A stretch of DNA of 64,000 nt from an uncultured Pseudomonadales bacterium (GCA_964635905.1 CAZWPK010000001.1:437096-501095), one strand, 5' to 3'. Shown: positions 26,625-36,569, counted from the stretch's first letter. Made by a program: numbers and translations. The notes: generated from the letters alone by a model not told the origin.

Positions 26625-28418
26625 CTACATCGCAGTGGGGATTTGGATCCCTAGAATTGCACACCCCTTCTCTATCACGCCTGCAGTAGCTTGCGTTAAG
26701 GTGATTCGTTTACTTTCTTCCTCACCGGAGCCAAGAATCTTATAGGTATTATAGAATGAATTATACAACTGTGCCAAACTATATAAATAGGTAGTCAGAA
26801 TGTGGGGTGCATGCTCGTAAGCAGCCTGTTCTACCACGGTCACAAACCGCGTCAGCTGGTAGGCTAAGTGCCGTTCGAGGGGATTCATGGTCCAGTTAGC
26901 CTTGTCCCCCTCTGGAAGCTCGCCAGCTTTACTCAAGACGCTCTTGGCACGTACAACGGTGTACTGCATATAGGGTCCAGAGTTGCCATGCATCGAGAGC
27001 AACTCGTCCCAATCAAAGACGACTTCCATCTGTGGCGAACGCTTCAAGTCGTTCCACTTGATGGCGCCGGTGGCAATTTGAGTGGTGGTCTGCTTACTTT
27101 GTGAAATGGATGTTGCCGTCTGTGAATCACCTACTATAGGCCTTGTTCGGGCTGCGTCGTCCGAGTGGAATTCGGATTCTACAGCCAATTTTTTCGCGCG
27201 TGTGAGCGCCTCTGTAAGAACATCCTCCAACCAAATCACATTGCCTGATCGGGTCGACATCTTCTGATCTTTAAGGCGAAAGAGACCGTGTTTCACGTGA
27301 ATACGCTGCCCTTTGGGGTACCAACCCAAGAGTTCTTCGATACGAAAGAGCTGTGAAAAGTAGAGAGACTGTTCGGCCCCGACTTCGTTGATGATCCGGA
27401 TTTCCTTCCCATAGTGGTTCAGTCGAAAGAAATCGGTGGCAAGATCCCGGGTCGAATAGAGAGTGGAGCCATCTTTCTTTAAAATCATTAAGGGTGGGTA
27501 TTCGTCATTGGGAAAGAAGAAGAGTTTGGCTCCCTGTTCCCCAACTTGGAGAAACCCAGATTTTTCTAGGATTGCCACAACGTCGGCCATCTTATCTTCA
27601 AAGAAGGACTCTCCATACCCTTTTCCTTCATTTTCTGTAAAGGTGATGCCTAATTGACCATAAATCTGATGGAATTCCTTTAAGGAGAGATCGATGCAGC
27701 GTTGCCAGATTTCTCGTGCAGTTGCATCCCCATGTTCCAACTTGGTAAACCACTCTCGGGCTTGATCTTCCAGTGTGGGGTCTATCTTGGCTTCTGCATG
27801 AAACTTCACATACAGCTCGACTAATTGTTTTACTGGTCGCTCTTCTGCTTCAATGGTATCCAGATTCCCCCATTTGGTAATGGCAACAATCAGCTTGCCA
27901 AATTGGGTTCCCCAGTCTCCGACATGGTTGTCCTTGTAGACCGTCCAACCTAATGTTGCATAGAGGTTGGCAACGGCATTGCCAATAATCGTGGAACGAA
28001 GGTGTCCAACGGTAAAGGGCTTAGCAATATTGGGAGATGAAAACTCTACGACCACCTTTTTTTCTTCAAAAAGTGGCGGAAAACTGATCTCTTTGGAAAG
28101 AGTGTGCACGTTTTCTTGAATGAGTGCATCACGTAGGACGAAATTGATAAATCCCGGTCCGGCTACAGAGACGGATTGAATTTGAGAGGGCACATTTGCC
28201 TGCATCTTGGAAACGATCTCGAGAGCAAAGGCATGGGGAGACGAGAAGGTTGCGGCTGGCAAACTTGGGAATACCTGCATGGCCAGATTACAACTGATAT
28301 CTCCATGCGTAGGATCGCTGGGAACCGCAAACCGAATCTGCGAATCAAAGGGAATGTTTAGTGCCTCTAGAGCTTCGATTAGCGCGGTCGTAAGAGTCTG
28401 TTCAATCTGTTTCATAAT
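26625..28418 (-). CDS. argS: arginine--tRNA ligase
   Basis: Class I ArgRS. The N-terminal MKQIEQTL...AVPSDPTHGDISCN is preceded by an AGAGGAAC RBS, so the true start is the internal Met of the listed ORF. KMST-like region MSTRSG. Confidence 0.9.
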   Translation of the reverse strand: MMKQIEQTLTTALIEALEALNIPFDSQIRFAVPSDPTHGDISCNLAMQVFPSLPAATFSSPHAFALEIVSKMQANVPSQIQSVSVAGPGFINFVLRDALIQENVHTLSKEISFPPLFEEKKVVVEFSSPNIAKPFTVGHLRSTIIGNAVANLYATLGWTVYKDNHVGDWGTQFGKLIVAITKWGNLDTIEAEERPVKQLVELYVKFHAEAKIDPTLEDQAREWFTKLEHGDATAREIWQRCIDLSLKEFHQIYGQLGITFTENEGKGYGESFFEDKMADVVAILEKSGFLQVGEQGAKLFFFPNDEYPPLMILKKDGSTLYSTRDLATDFFRLNHYGKEIRIINEVGAEQSLYFSQLFRIEELLGWYPKGQRIHVKHGLFRLKDQKMSTRSGNVIWLEDVLTEALTRAKKLAVESEFHSDDAARTRPIVGDSQTATSISQSKQTTTQIATGAIKWNDLKRSPQMEVVFDWDELLSMHGNSGPYMQYTVVRAKSVLSKAGELPEGDKANWTMNPLERHLAYQLTRFVTVVEQAAYEHAPHILTTYLYSLAQLYNSFYNTYKILGSGEEESKRITLTQATAGVIEKGCAILGIQIPTAM

Positions 28419-28439
28419 GGTTCCTCTTTCTTCTATTGT

Positions 28440-28680
28440 GACATAAAAAAACCCTCGAATAATCAGGATCTGATCACTCAAGGGGCACATTGTAGGTGCG
28501 GTACCACCCTTTTTTATACTTTTAATGAAGCTATATTGGGCTCACCCACCTGCATTTCCTCAGGATCCGTAGGCGATTTTCCTTCAAGAGGCGCGACTTC
28601 TTGTGGGACGGAACTGTAAGTATAGCACGACAACCTACCTACTGTCGCTCCCTTGAGCAATTGATTGAAAAGCGTCATAC
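28440..28680 (-). promoter_or_regulatory. T-box riboswitch-like leader of argS (T-box motif at 28495-28510; terminator at 28444-28487). The 5' boundary is uncertain.
   Basis: On the minus strand, AAGGGTGGTACCGCACC matches the conserved T-box sequence AGGGUGGNACCGCG. It is followed immediately by a 15-bp hairpin and UUUUUUU, about 30 nt before the argS start. Confidence 0.55.
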
Positions 28681-28684
28681 TAGA

Positions 28685-29806
28685 ATGATGTTCCCCACAG
28701 AACTTGAAGCGTCCGTACCGCCACCAACAGCGTCAGGTTTAGCAGATCCCTACCGATGGAAACGCTGGGTCATCCTGATTTTGGCTGTCATAGCTATGGT
28801 CATGATGGTTCTGTACTTTGTACGACCAGTTCTGTTTCCGGCAGCCAGACAAACTGCGGAGCTTGAGCGCTTGCTTTCCGCGTCTCCTACTCCGTTACCC
28901 GCGACCGGCACATTTGTGGATTCTTTGTACGGGACGATTCTTTTTAGATCTACTGGCGATGTCAAAGAACTGGAGCTTCCATCAAGACTCGTTAATGTAG
29001 TTCTGGCGACGACCGATTCCAAATCGGCCCAAGCCGTAGTCGTACCTAGCTCGATTCCTACTTGGTCAACTGATGGAGAATTACTCTTTCTCCATACGGG
29101 AACACGGACAATTTCCGGGGTTACATTTGAAACGGGTGCGTATGTAGCCACCTATCTGCTACGCAATGATCAAGTTGATGGGGCAACACCACTACTTTCT
29201 CCATCGCCGGGTAACGAGGTACTGGCGGTCAGTTCCCCGCAATCGGCGCATGGAAGTGATTATATCGAGTTTTTTGATATTGCCACGGGAAATGCATTAG
29301 GGTTTTATGACAACTGCGCGACGAGGGGTATTTGGGTGGAGGGGATGGGATATGTGGCCAAATGTAAGTTGGGAGAACGATATTCCGTAGTGCTCATCCA
29401 ATTTTCGTCCACGTCATCGCAAATGATTCCACTCACGACGCAGAACACCTCTGTCGATTATCTCTTATTGGAACCGTATGACGAGACTCAAGTCGTGGTG
29501 CAACGTAACCAAGGATTGGTCAAAACCATCGGTAAGCTCTCGTTTACCGGGAAATTTACTCCATTAACAACAGCAGAAAGACAGGCTCTATCGGATCCAG
29601 AGGTATTGCTAGATCCTGTCGATGCCCTCACAAAGCGGGTTGCAGCACAGACGAAGCTACCTAATATTTCTAGCGTTCAGGTCTCCAGTGATAACTTATG
29701 GGTAGCTTTCTTATCCAATCAGACCATCTATGTCTCGAAATTAGACTTTACAGAACAACCATTCGCTCTGGGTGAAGCGGAGTGGATGTTGCTGCGACCG
29801 CGATAA
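28685..29806 (+). CDS. membrane-anchored hypothetical protein with a beta-rich extracytoplasmic domain
   Basis: Probable start at ATGATG (28685). TM helix WVILILAVIAMVMMVLYFV. Beta-strand-rich remainder. Confidence 0.45.
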   Translation: MMFPTELEASVPPPTASGLADPYRWKRWVILILAVIAMVMMVLYFVRPVLFPAARQTAELERLLSASPTPLPATGTFVDSLYGTILFRSTGDVKELELPSRLVNVVLATTDSKSAQAVVVPSSIPTWSTDGELLFLHTGTRTISGVTFETGAYVATYLLRNDQVDGATPLLSPSPGNEVLAVSSPQSAHGSDYIEFFDIATGNALGFYDNCATRGIWVEGMGYVAKCKLGERYSVVLIQFSSTSSQMIPLTTQNTSVDYLLLEPYDETQVVVQRNQGLVKTIGKLSFTGKFTPLTTAERQALSDPEVLLDPVDALTKRVAAQTKLPNISSVQVSSDNLWVAFLSNQTIYVSKLDFTEQPFALGEAEWMLLRPR

Positions 29807-29835
29807 TGCAGGACATAAACGAGTTTGGATCTTCA

Positions 29836-31032
29836 CTAGAGCGGAAGTTGACCTGGCTCTTCCGATTCTAGCAGTGATAGACCGGTTAATTCTGGTACAG
29901 CGGAACTTCCCGCCAGTCCTTGAATGTTTCCATAGATATTCCCGAGGGAAAGCATTAGTCGCTGCGCTTGGCCTTCTCGCATTTTCCAAATCTTCTCCAT
30001 TGCGGCGCGTTCTTTGCCAATCTGGGCATGAGCTTCAGAATACAGTTCTACGAGGGCTTCCATTTGCTGGCGGAAAGCATTGGAGGTGACATAGCCATAG
30101 ATCAGATCCGCCTTCTCACCTTTGTTTTGGGCCATTGCCTTCTCTCTGCCTACTTCCAGCAACTGCTTTCGTAAGGAAATTGCCAACGGCATAAAGAGGC
30201 TGAAGTTGCAGACCCAGACACCATCATGCAGTGTCAGCCCACACCAGTTGCTCTCGGTGTAAGCAGTCGTCACAATGACTGGGATATTGGCATGCTCGGC
30301 TCGAAGGTCTGATTTTAATTTACTCACCCAGCCTTCGGACCAGGATTTCGTTTGTTTGGATTCCCAGAGAATAATTCCGCAGATCGTTCCTTTAGACGAT
30401 CGTACGATTTGCCGGATGTCCGCACCGGTGACTCCCTTACCGACAGGTTCGATGATATCGTCACGGAATGTTTCTGTGAGCAATCGTTCCATTTCAAGCT
30501 CTTGTACCTCACCTTGCGTTTGTTGCGATCCTTGATTGGCTTTTCGCTGGGCATCTTCCAACGCTTTACGAAGATCCCCGATCATTTTGTCTTTTTGCAG
30601 ATCTTTGAGTCGTTGTTGCTCAATGAGTTGATACTCTGTCTTTTCACGAATAGACTTTCGTTCTTCTTCCAGTTTCCGTTCCATATCAAGCGTCATACTA
30701 CGCGATGCCTCTTCGAGAGCCAGTTCACGCTTGCGAAGTTCAAGTTCTTTCTCCTCCGCAGATTTTCGCTTTTTTTGCTCCTCATCCAAGCGTTCTTGAA
30801 GAAAGAATAACTCTCGCTTTGAGTCTTCTTCGAGTCGCGAACGCAACCGACGTTCGGTGGTTTCACGTTCTTCACGGAGTTTCTGTTCGAATTCTGTTTG
30901 CATTTTCTCTTGTGCAGCCACCGTTTCCTTTTTCCATTCTTGCTGCAGCGTGGATTTCATTTGTGAGGCAAAGGCATCGTCCAAGGAAATTGGGGCATGA
31001 CACGAGGGACAGGAAATTTGTGTTGATGACAT
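29836..31032 (-). CDS. coiled-coil protein with an N-terminal CxxC motif and a C-terminal PD-(D/E)xK-like domain (DUF2130-like architecture)
   Basis: N-terminus MSSTQISCPSCHAPISLDDAF. ~180 aa of Glu/Lys/Arg-rich coiled coil. C-terminal GADIRQIV...ILWESK fits a D...ExK motif. Confidence 0.55.
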   Translation of the reverse strand: MSSTQISCPSCHAPISLDDAFASQMKSTLQQEWKKETVAAQEKMQTEFEQKLREERETTERRLRSRLEEDSKRELFFLQERLDEEQKKRKSAEEKELELRKRELALEEASRSMTLDMERKLEEERKSIREKTEYQLIEQQRLKDLQKDKMIGDLRKALEDAQRKANQGSQQTQGEVQELEMERLLTETFRDDIIEPVGKGVTGADIRQIVRSSKGTICGIILWESKQTKSWSEGWVSKLKSDLRAEHANIPVIVTTAYTESNWCGLTLHDGVWVCNFSLFMPLAISLRKQLLEVGREKAMAQNKGEKADLIYGYVTSNAFRQQMEALVELYSEAHAQIGKERAAMEKIWKMREGQAQRLMLSLGNIYGNIQGLAGSSAVPELTGLSLLESEEPGQLPL

Positions 31033-31138
31033 AGTGCAAATTGTAACAAGAAAACCAGAGATTTTTGGAAGAACTTTTACAATACCAGAACATTGACAGA
31101 AAAATCAAGGAATTGTTTTTGGGTCTCAAAAGTGAGAT

Positions 31139-31183
31139 TAAGGAGATATTGGGAAAAGGAGATATTGGGAAAAGGAGATAACT
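31139..31183 (+). repeat. tandem direct repeat (AGGAGATATTGGGAAA x2 plus a partial copy) giving three Shine-Dalgarno-like GGAG copies before the ATG at 31184
   Basis: Sequence reads aggagatattgggaaa aggagatattgggaaa aggagataact ATG. Confidence 0.7.
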
Positions 31184-31534
31184 ATGAGCGAACAACCAAG
31201 ACCTAAGGTTTATGGAGGAGAGCCGAATCCTGAATTGAATGTTGCGCGGTGTACCAGGCAAATAGAGTACGTCGCAAGAATTTCAAAGATTCCGAAACGA
31301 AAGCTAGAGGCTGTTTTTGTCCAGGGTTTAGGGATGAAGAAAGGAGTAAATTGGACTACTTTTTATGATGCCTTCATGGACTACATCAATGATGACGAAA
31401 CGAAGGCTCGCTCTCTTACTGAGGCATGTCTGGCTAACAACGGTCATTTTATTTCCCCTGATGGCAATGCAAGAGCTTCAGACGGAGAAAAGACTTCACC
31501 AACAATTAGATCTAGATTTGCAACGCGATTTTGA
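31184..31534 (+). CDS. hypothetical protein (116 aa)
   Basis: ORF preceded by repeated GGAG. Weak similarity to the next ORF (NWTTFYDAF vs NWDTFFSRF). Confidence 0.4.
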   Translation: MSEQPRPKVYGGEPNPELNVARCTRQIEYVARISKIPKRKLEAVFVQGLGMKKGVNWTTFYDAFMDYINDDETKARSLTEACLANNGHFISPDGNARASDGEKTSPTIRSRFATRF

Positions 31535-31643
31535 AGGGTTTCATCGGGTGGAGAACCTCTACGTGTAGGTGAACTCTGGAGGCAACTGGAAATAGCTACC
31601 TTCAGAGTTAGTACCCAAATAGCAATTATTTTGGAGATATGAT

Positions 31644-31931
31644 ATGGCAGAAAGTGTTTCCGATGAAGATCGAGCGTTGTTCGACACAGCAATTAAGAGC
31701 TCACGCATTCCAACTGTCATGGGAAAGACACCTAAAGAAATTCTTGATGAGTATGGCTTCTCAGTTGAAGTTCAGGATATCCTGAAAAATTGGTACACTG
31801 GAACTAACTGGGACACGTTTTTTAGTCGCTTTTCTAGTTTTGCTCGATTGAATCAACTTTCCCCAGAGAATCTCAGCCCTGCACAAGCGATGCAACTATT
31901 AACTAAGATGAAGGCAAAACAACGTCTATGA
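31644..31931 (+). CDS. hypothetical protein (95 aa)
   Basis: ORF only. Confidence 0.35.
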   Translation: MAESVSDEDRALFDTAIKSSRIPTVMGKTPKEILDEYGFSVEVQDILKNWYTGTNWDTFFSRFSSFARLNQLSPENLSPAQAMQLLTKMKAKQRL

Positions 31932-31982
31932 GCAGTACATCTAGAACTTTTTTCCAACTCTCTGTAGCATGAGTACTACTCG

Positions 31983-33200
31983 ATGAAAATTTTTACTTTC
32001 AAGTTTCAACATTTCAAAATCCATTCAACTTATGTTTTTTTAGCGTTGATTGTGTGTGGATCATTTCTGACGCTCTGTGGTCTTGTCTATAGTTTCACTA
32101 AGCAACGACAATCGCTAACAGTTCAAGTCAAGGGATTGGAAGCCAATAATTTAAAGCTTTCGGAACAAGCTAAGCAATATAAAACAGAAATATTAAATCT
32201 CGAACAAGATGATCAGCGAGTCCGTAATGATCAGCTTCAAGAAGAGTTAAAAACGATGCAAGCAGCGTTTAAAAAATCACTCACTTCGTATGAATCACTG
32301 TTGGATTTAAAGGAAGGTAAAGGAAAATCATCGGTATTGGATAAGCAGTATGCCTTAATCTTGTCTACCTTGTCATCCAATAATTATGCAAGCGCGTCGG
32401 CTCTTCTGGCCTCGTTGGATACGCAGATTCAAAAAGAACAAGAAAAAATCGCCTCACAGTCAGCCGCATCAAGTGTAGTGGCTGCAGCAGTAGTTAGTAA
32501 TTCTCCGCCAGGATCAGGATTTAGCAGACAAAAAGTACAGACATCTGCTGGTGAGTTTGTCGTGGACATTATCGCTGCGGATCTTCGCAGTTCCAAAGTC
32601 ATCATTGATACTGCTTCGGATTCGACATGTACAGATAATTGTCCTGTTCTTCCACTCGCTTCCTATGTCGCACGTTCCGGAGCCTTTGCCGGGATCAATG
32701 GGACATATTTTTGTCCTGAAAGTTATCCCTCCTGTGCAGGAAAGAAAAACTCCTTTGATCTGTTAGTCATGAACAAGAGCAAAGCCTATTTTAACTCCGA
32801 TAACAATGTGTATAGTCAAAATCCAGTCGCTGTTTTCTCAGGAACCAGTGCCAGGTTTTTTTCCAAAGCTCAAGATTGGGGACGCGATACAGGAGTCGAC
32901 AGTGTTATCTCTAACTTCCCTCTTTTAGTGATTAATGGACAGAATCAATTTGGAGGCAATGGCGACCCGAAAATGAATTCTCGAGGAGTACGCGGATTCT
33001 TGGCAGCGAAAGATACTTTTGCTTATATGGGATTTGTGCGCAACGCGACAGTGGCAGAAGCTGCAACAGTGCTACAAACATTAGGAATGCAACATGCCAT
33101 CAATCTTGATAGTGGAGGTTCCAGTGCCTTATGGTTTGGGGGATACAAGCTAGGTCCAGGAAGAAGCATTCCCAATGCGGTGTTGTTTGTACGGAAATAA
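31983..33200 (+). CDS. membrane-anchored phosphodiester glycosidase family protein (DUF2233-like C-terminal domain)
   Basis: N-terminal TM, then a coiled coil. C-terminal AINLDSGGSSALW is characteristic of the phosphodiester glycosidase (NAGPA-like) family. Confidence 0.55.
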   Translation: MKIFTFKFQHFKIHSTYVFLALIVCGSFLTLCGLVYSFTKQRQSLTVQVKGLEANNLKLSEQAKQYKTEILNLEQDDQRVRNDQLQEELKTMQAAFKKSLTSYESLLDLKEGKGKSSVLDKQYALILSTLSSNNYASASALLASLDTQIQKEQEKIASQSAASSVVAAAVVSNSPPGSGFSRQKVQTSAGEFVVDIIAADLRSSKVIIDTASDSTCTDNCPVLPLASYVARSGAFAGINGTYFCPESYPSCAGKKNSFDLLVMNKSKAYFNSDNNVYSQNPVAVFSGTSARFFSKAQDWGRDTGVDSVISNFPLLVINGQNQFGGNGDPKMNSRGVRGFLAAKDTFAYMGFVRNATVAEAATVLQTLGMQHAINLDSGGSSALWFGGYKLGPGRSIPNAVLFVRK

Positions 33201-33246
33201 AGTTTCACAAGAATTGTAAGAGACTATTGTCATTTACAATTGTCAG

Positions 33247-33891
33247 TTGCATGATGAGATTATGGCAAAAGAAAACGATGATGCAAAAGATACTCCCAGG
33301 AAAATTCACGCTGAGGATCCTGCAAAAGTTACGAGTCGAATAAGTGGGACTTCAGAACTAATTAAGACGTTGAATTCTCTTGGAATCGAAGAATCTTCCA
33401 ACGAAGAAACCATTTTAGACATCAAAGTCCATAACCCATTAAAGCGCATCACTCAGCTTCTACAAGATCTAAAGAAGCATCAAACAACGACTGTTTCGTT
33501 GCGGTTTACTATCCCCATCATTGCTCTTCCCATCGTGCTTTTTGTGGCGTTTCAAATAGGACGAGCTCAGACACTCTGTGCACAGACGTTCACCACCCAG
33601 GCAGGAACAGTTCAAGTACTCCAAGTCAAAGTACCGCGTGCTGCACCTACGGCATTATCGTTAGTACTGTCCTTCTTCCCTTCTGTTCCGCAGCCAACTG
33701 CAGACTTAATAGATCAGGAGCGCGCGATCTTGCTTCTTCCCAGTAGTGAAGTGGTCCATATCATTCACCCTCGTACTGTTGAAGTATTTCCATTCGTTGG
33801 TCAATCCGTCCTTCTCACTGGAAATTACTCTGCCTGTACCCGGAGCATTACCTTAGATCATCAACAAAATCTCTCTGAAGCAGCCCCTTAA
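33247..33891 (+). CDS. hypothetical membrane protein (214 aa)
   Basis: ORF with one internal TM helix. Confidence 0.35.
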   Translation: MHDEIMAKENDDAKDTPRKIHAEDPAKVTSRISGTSELIKTLNSLGIEESSNEETILDIKVHNPLKRITQLLQDLKKHQTTTVSLRFTIPIIALPIVLFVAFQIGRAQTLCAQTFTTQAGTVQVLQVKVPRAAPTALSLVLSFFPSVPQPTADLIDQERAILLLPSSEVVHIIHPRTVEVFPFVGQSVLLTGNYSACTRSITLDHQQNLSEAAP

Positions 33892-33915
33892 TTCATATGT
33901 TATGCTCAATATACT

Positions 33916-34824
33916 ATGGCATCACACATCGGTTGGATTAAATCCAATAAACTTTCCGTTATTCTTCTTGCAGTTGTGTTGTATCTAGTGCTCTCTTCCC
34001 AATTGGGATCGACACGTACATTAAGCTCCCTCTCCACCACACGCTACGCCAATGACTCCGTTGTGGCTGGTCAGTCCATGGGACTTCCCTCCGCAGGTGT
34101 AGGCAAAGTCATGGAATCAAACATGACAGCTCCAGAGATCGCGCCAACGGATAGTGTCACGCGGATGGTGGTGACGGAATCTTCACTCTCCTTAAAGGTA
34201 AATGATGTCCCAACGGTCATTACCCAGATCGATTCGGCAGCTCAAGAAGTAGGAGGACACTTAGTAAACTCCGATGTACAACGACCGGAAGGAGCCTCCA
34301 CGGGGTCCATTACCGTGCGGATTCCTTCCCAGAAACGCGCAGAAGCACTTGCTCGGTTTAAATCATTTGGAGTGAAGACTGTCATGGAGCATGTCTCAGG
34401 TACGGATATTACGGATCAGTATGTTGATAATGCAGAACGCCTTCGTATCTTAGAAACAACCAAAGCCAAGTTTGAGGCAATTCTAAACAAAGCAGAGAAT
34501 GTAACAGAGATGCTCTCTGTACAACAGCAGTTATTGTCGGTGCAATATCAAATCGATGCAATCAAAGGACAACAGAAATTCCTAGAGGGTTCCGCAAGTC
34601 TCTCGCGTGTGACGATTTACTTGTCTACGGATGAGCTTGCACTTCCCTATGCACCGGATACCGCCTGGAGACCAGAATTAGTCTTCAAGGAAGCAGTCCG
34701 ATCCTTTATTCAGACCATTCGTGGAGTTCTCTCAACCGGTATTTGGTTACTGGTCTACTCACCAATTGTGCTGGTGTTTGGATTACTCTATGTGGTTATA
34801 AGAAAAGTGGTAAAGAAGGCTTAA
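33916..34824 (+). CDS. DUF4349-like protein (N-terminal signal anchor, coiled coil, C-terminal TM)
   Basis: Architecture and LSVQQQLLSVQYQIDAIKGQ...RVTIYLS motifs are typical of DUF4349. Confidence 0.5.
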   Translation: MASHIGWIKSNKLSVILLAVVLYLVLSSQLGSTRTLSSLSTTRYANDSVVAGQSMGLPSAGVGKVMESNMTAPEIAPTDSVTRMVVTESSLSLKVNDVPTVITQIDSAAQEVGGHLVNSDVQRPEGASTGSITVRIPSQKRAEALARFKSFGVKTVMEHVSGTDITDQYVDNAERLRILETTKAKFEAILNKAENVTEMLSVQQQLLSVQYQIDAIKGQQKFLEGSASLSRVTIYLSTDELALPYAPDTAWRPELVFKEAVRSFIQTIRGVLSTGIWLLVYSPIVLVFGLLYVVIRKVVKKA

Positions 34825-34997
34825 GACTCTGGGGCACTGCGAACACAAAACGAGGCCATTCGATCTGGTTGCATCAGTTAGCGATTCCGTACGGAATCGC
34901 TATGATACGGAGGATTCTCCAAATCGACGTTTCAAGTCATTAGTAAAATTCCTATTGGGAATGCATTAAAAGCCCAGCGGCTTACCTAGCGTTGCCG

Positions 34998-36197
34998 TTA
35001 TTCCTGGTCCAAATAGTGTTTATTCGCTATCTCATCCGGTAACAAGCTTTTGTCGGTATACATCTCATACCCTTTTCCGTAGCCGCTGTTTTTCATGAGT
35101 TTGGTTGGTGCATTACGAAGTGAGAGTGGAATTGGGAGGTTGCCATAGGCTTTGACATCGTCTAACGCCTTAAAATACGCCTCATACGCACTCCGATTTT
35201 TCTTTGCTTGCGCTAAATAGGCAGTTCCATGGGCCAGATTGATTTGAGCGTCAGGATATCCAATTTTAGTGACTGCATCAAAGACCGCATTGGCTACTAC
35301 GAGCGCAGTGGGCTGTGCAAGTCCAATATCTTCCGAAGCAAAGATCACCATGCGTCGGGCGATAAACTTTGGATCTTCCCCACTATCCACTAAGCGAGCT
35401 AAGTAGTACAAAGCTGCATCCACATTACTTGCGCGCATAGATTTGATGAAGGCACTAATGGTGTTGTAGTGTTCTTCGCCTTGTTTATCAAACCGCAAAT
35501 GCTTGGATTGAAGCGTGTTTTTGAGCGCGTCGATATCGAGTTTTTGATAGAGAGTGTAGGCGTTATCGATCATGGTAATGGCTTGTCGGGCATCTCCATT
35601 GGCCATTGCTGTCAACCACTCTCTGGCAGTTGTATCCATCGGGATGGATAGGTGTAGTTCTTTAGACAATCCATCTAGTGTTCGTTCGATCACTTTTGCC
35701 ATCTCTTCTGCACTTAGTTCTTTGAGGATAAAAACACGACAACGAGAAAGTAAGGGAGCAATCACTTCAAAGGAGGGATTCTCAGTCGTGGCGCCAATAA
35801 GTGTTAGTAAGCCGGATTCTACAAACGGAAGTAAAAAATCTTGCTGTGATTTGTTGAAGCGATGAATTTCATCTAAGAAGAGAACAGTCTTCTGACTACG
35901 ATTTTTCTCGGCTTGGTCAATAATCTTTCGCACATCTTCTTTTTTGGATGAGACCGCCGACAGTTCAAAAAAAGATGCACCGACGCTACCGGCGATGATT
36001 CGAGCCAGTGTCGTTTTCCCTACCCCAGGCGGTCCCCAAAAGATCATGGAAAAGATGGTGTGGTTCTCAATTGCGACGCGTAATGGTTTTCCTGGACCTA
36101 CTAAGTGGGATTGACCGATATAGTCTTCAAGTTCACTTGGTCGAATTCGAGTGGCCAAAGGATGGGTCGATTCTACGGTATTTGTTGGGGACGACAT
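34998..36197 (-). CDS. rarA: replication-associated recombination protein A (AAA+ ATPase RarA/MgsA)
   Basis: Walker A FWGPPGVGKTT, Walker B LFLDEIHRFNK, and a RarA-specific C-terminal domain. Confidence 0.85.
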   Translation of the reverse strand: MSSPTNTVESTHPLATRIRPSELEDYIGQSHLVGPGKPLRVAIENHTIFSMIFWGPPGVGKTTLARIIAGSVGASFFELSAVSSKKEDVRKIIDQAEKNRSQKTVLFLDEIHRFNKSQQDFLLPFVESGLLTLIGATTENPSFEVIAPLLSRCRVFILKELSAEEMAKVIERTLDGLSKELHLSIPMDTTAREWLTAMANGDARQAITMIDNAYTLYQKLDIDALKNTLQSKHLRFDKQGEEHYNTISAFIKSMRASNVDAALYYLARLVDSGEDPKFIARRMVIFASEDIGLAQPTALVVANAVFDAVTKIGYPDAQINLAHGTAYLAQAKKNRSAYEAYFKALDDVKAYGNLPIPLSLRNAPTKLMKNSGYGKGYEMYTDKSLLPDEIANKHYLDQE

Positions 36198-36257
36198 GAC
36201 TATAGACTACTCGGTATTTACTGCTGTTGTCAAACAGAACCAAAATCGGTTGAGTGT

Positions 36258-36521
36258 TTAAATCCTCTGGAGACGTGCTACTGCAATTCTTGATGAAGTG
36301 GTGGCGGCAGTTTCTACAGCATTATTGTTCCAACGAATCATCGCGGTAACGAGGACACCAAGATTACAGTCATTTGAACCAATCAAATCTAGCTGTTCTG
36401 GGTGCTTAATAAAGTAATTCTGAAATAGAGTATGTGCAACAGCGTCAGCAATTGGTGCTTTTTGTTGAAGTTTATTAATGACCGTATCACGGAGCTCTTC
36501 AGAAATGTCAGAGTATTGCAC
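36258..36521 (-). CDS. hypothetical protein (87 aa)
   Basis: ORF only. Confidence 0.25.
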   Translation of the reverse strand: MQYSDISEELRDTVINKLQQKAPIADAVAHTLFQNYFIKHPEQLDLIGSNDCNLGVLVTAMIRWNNNAVETAATTSSRIAVARLQRI

Positions 36522-36569
36522 TAATAAAGTGTACTGGAAAATACCAAATGTTTCTAGTAAAGGTAATAC

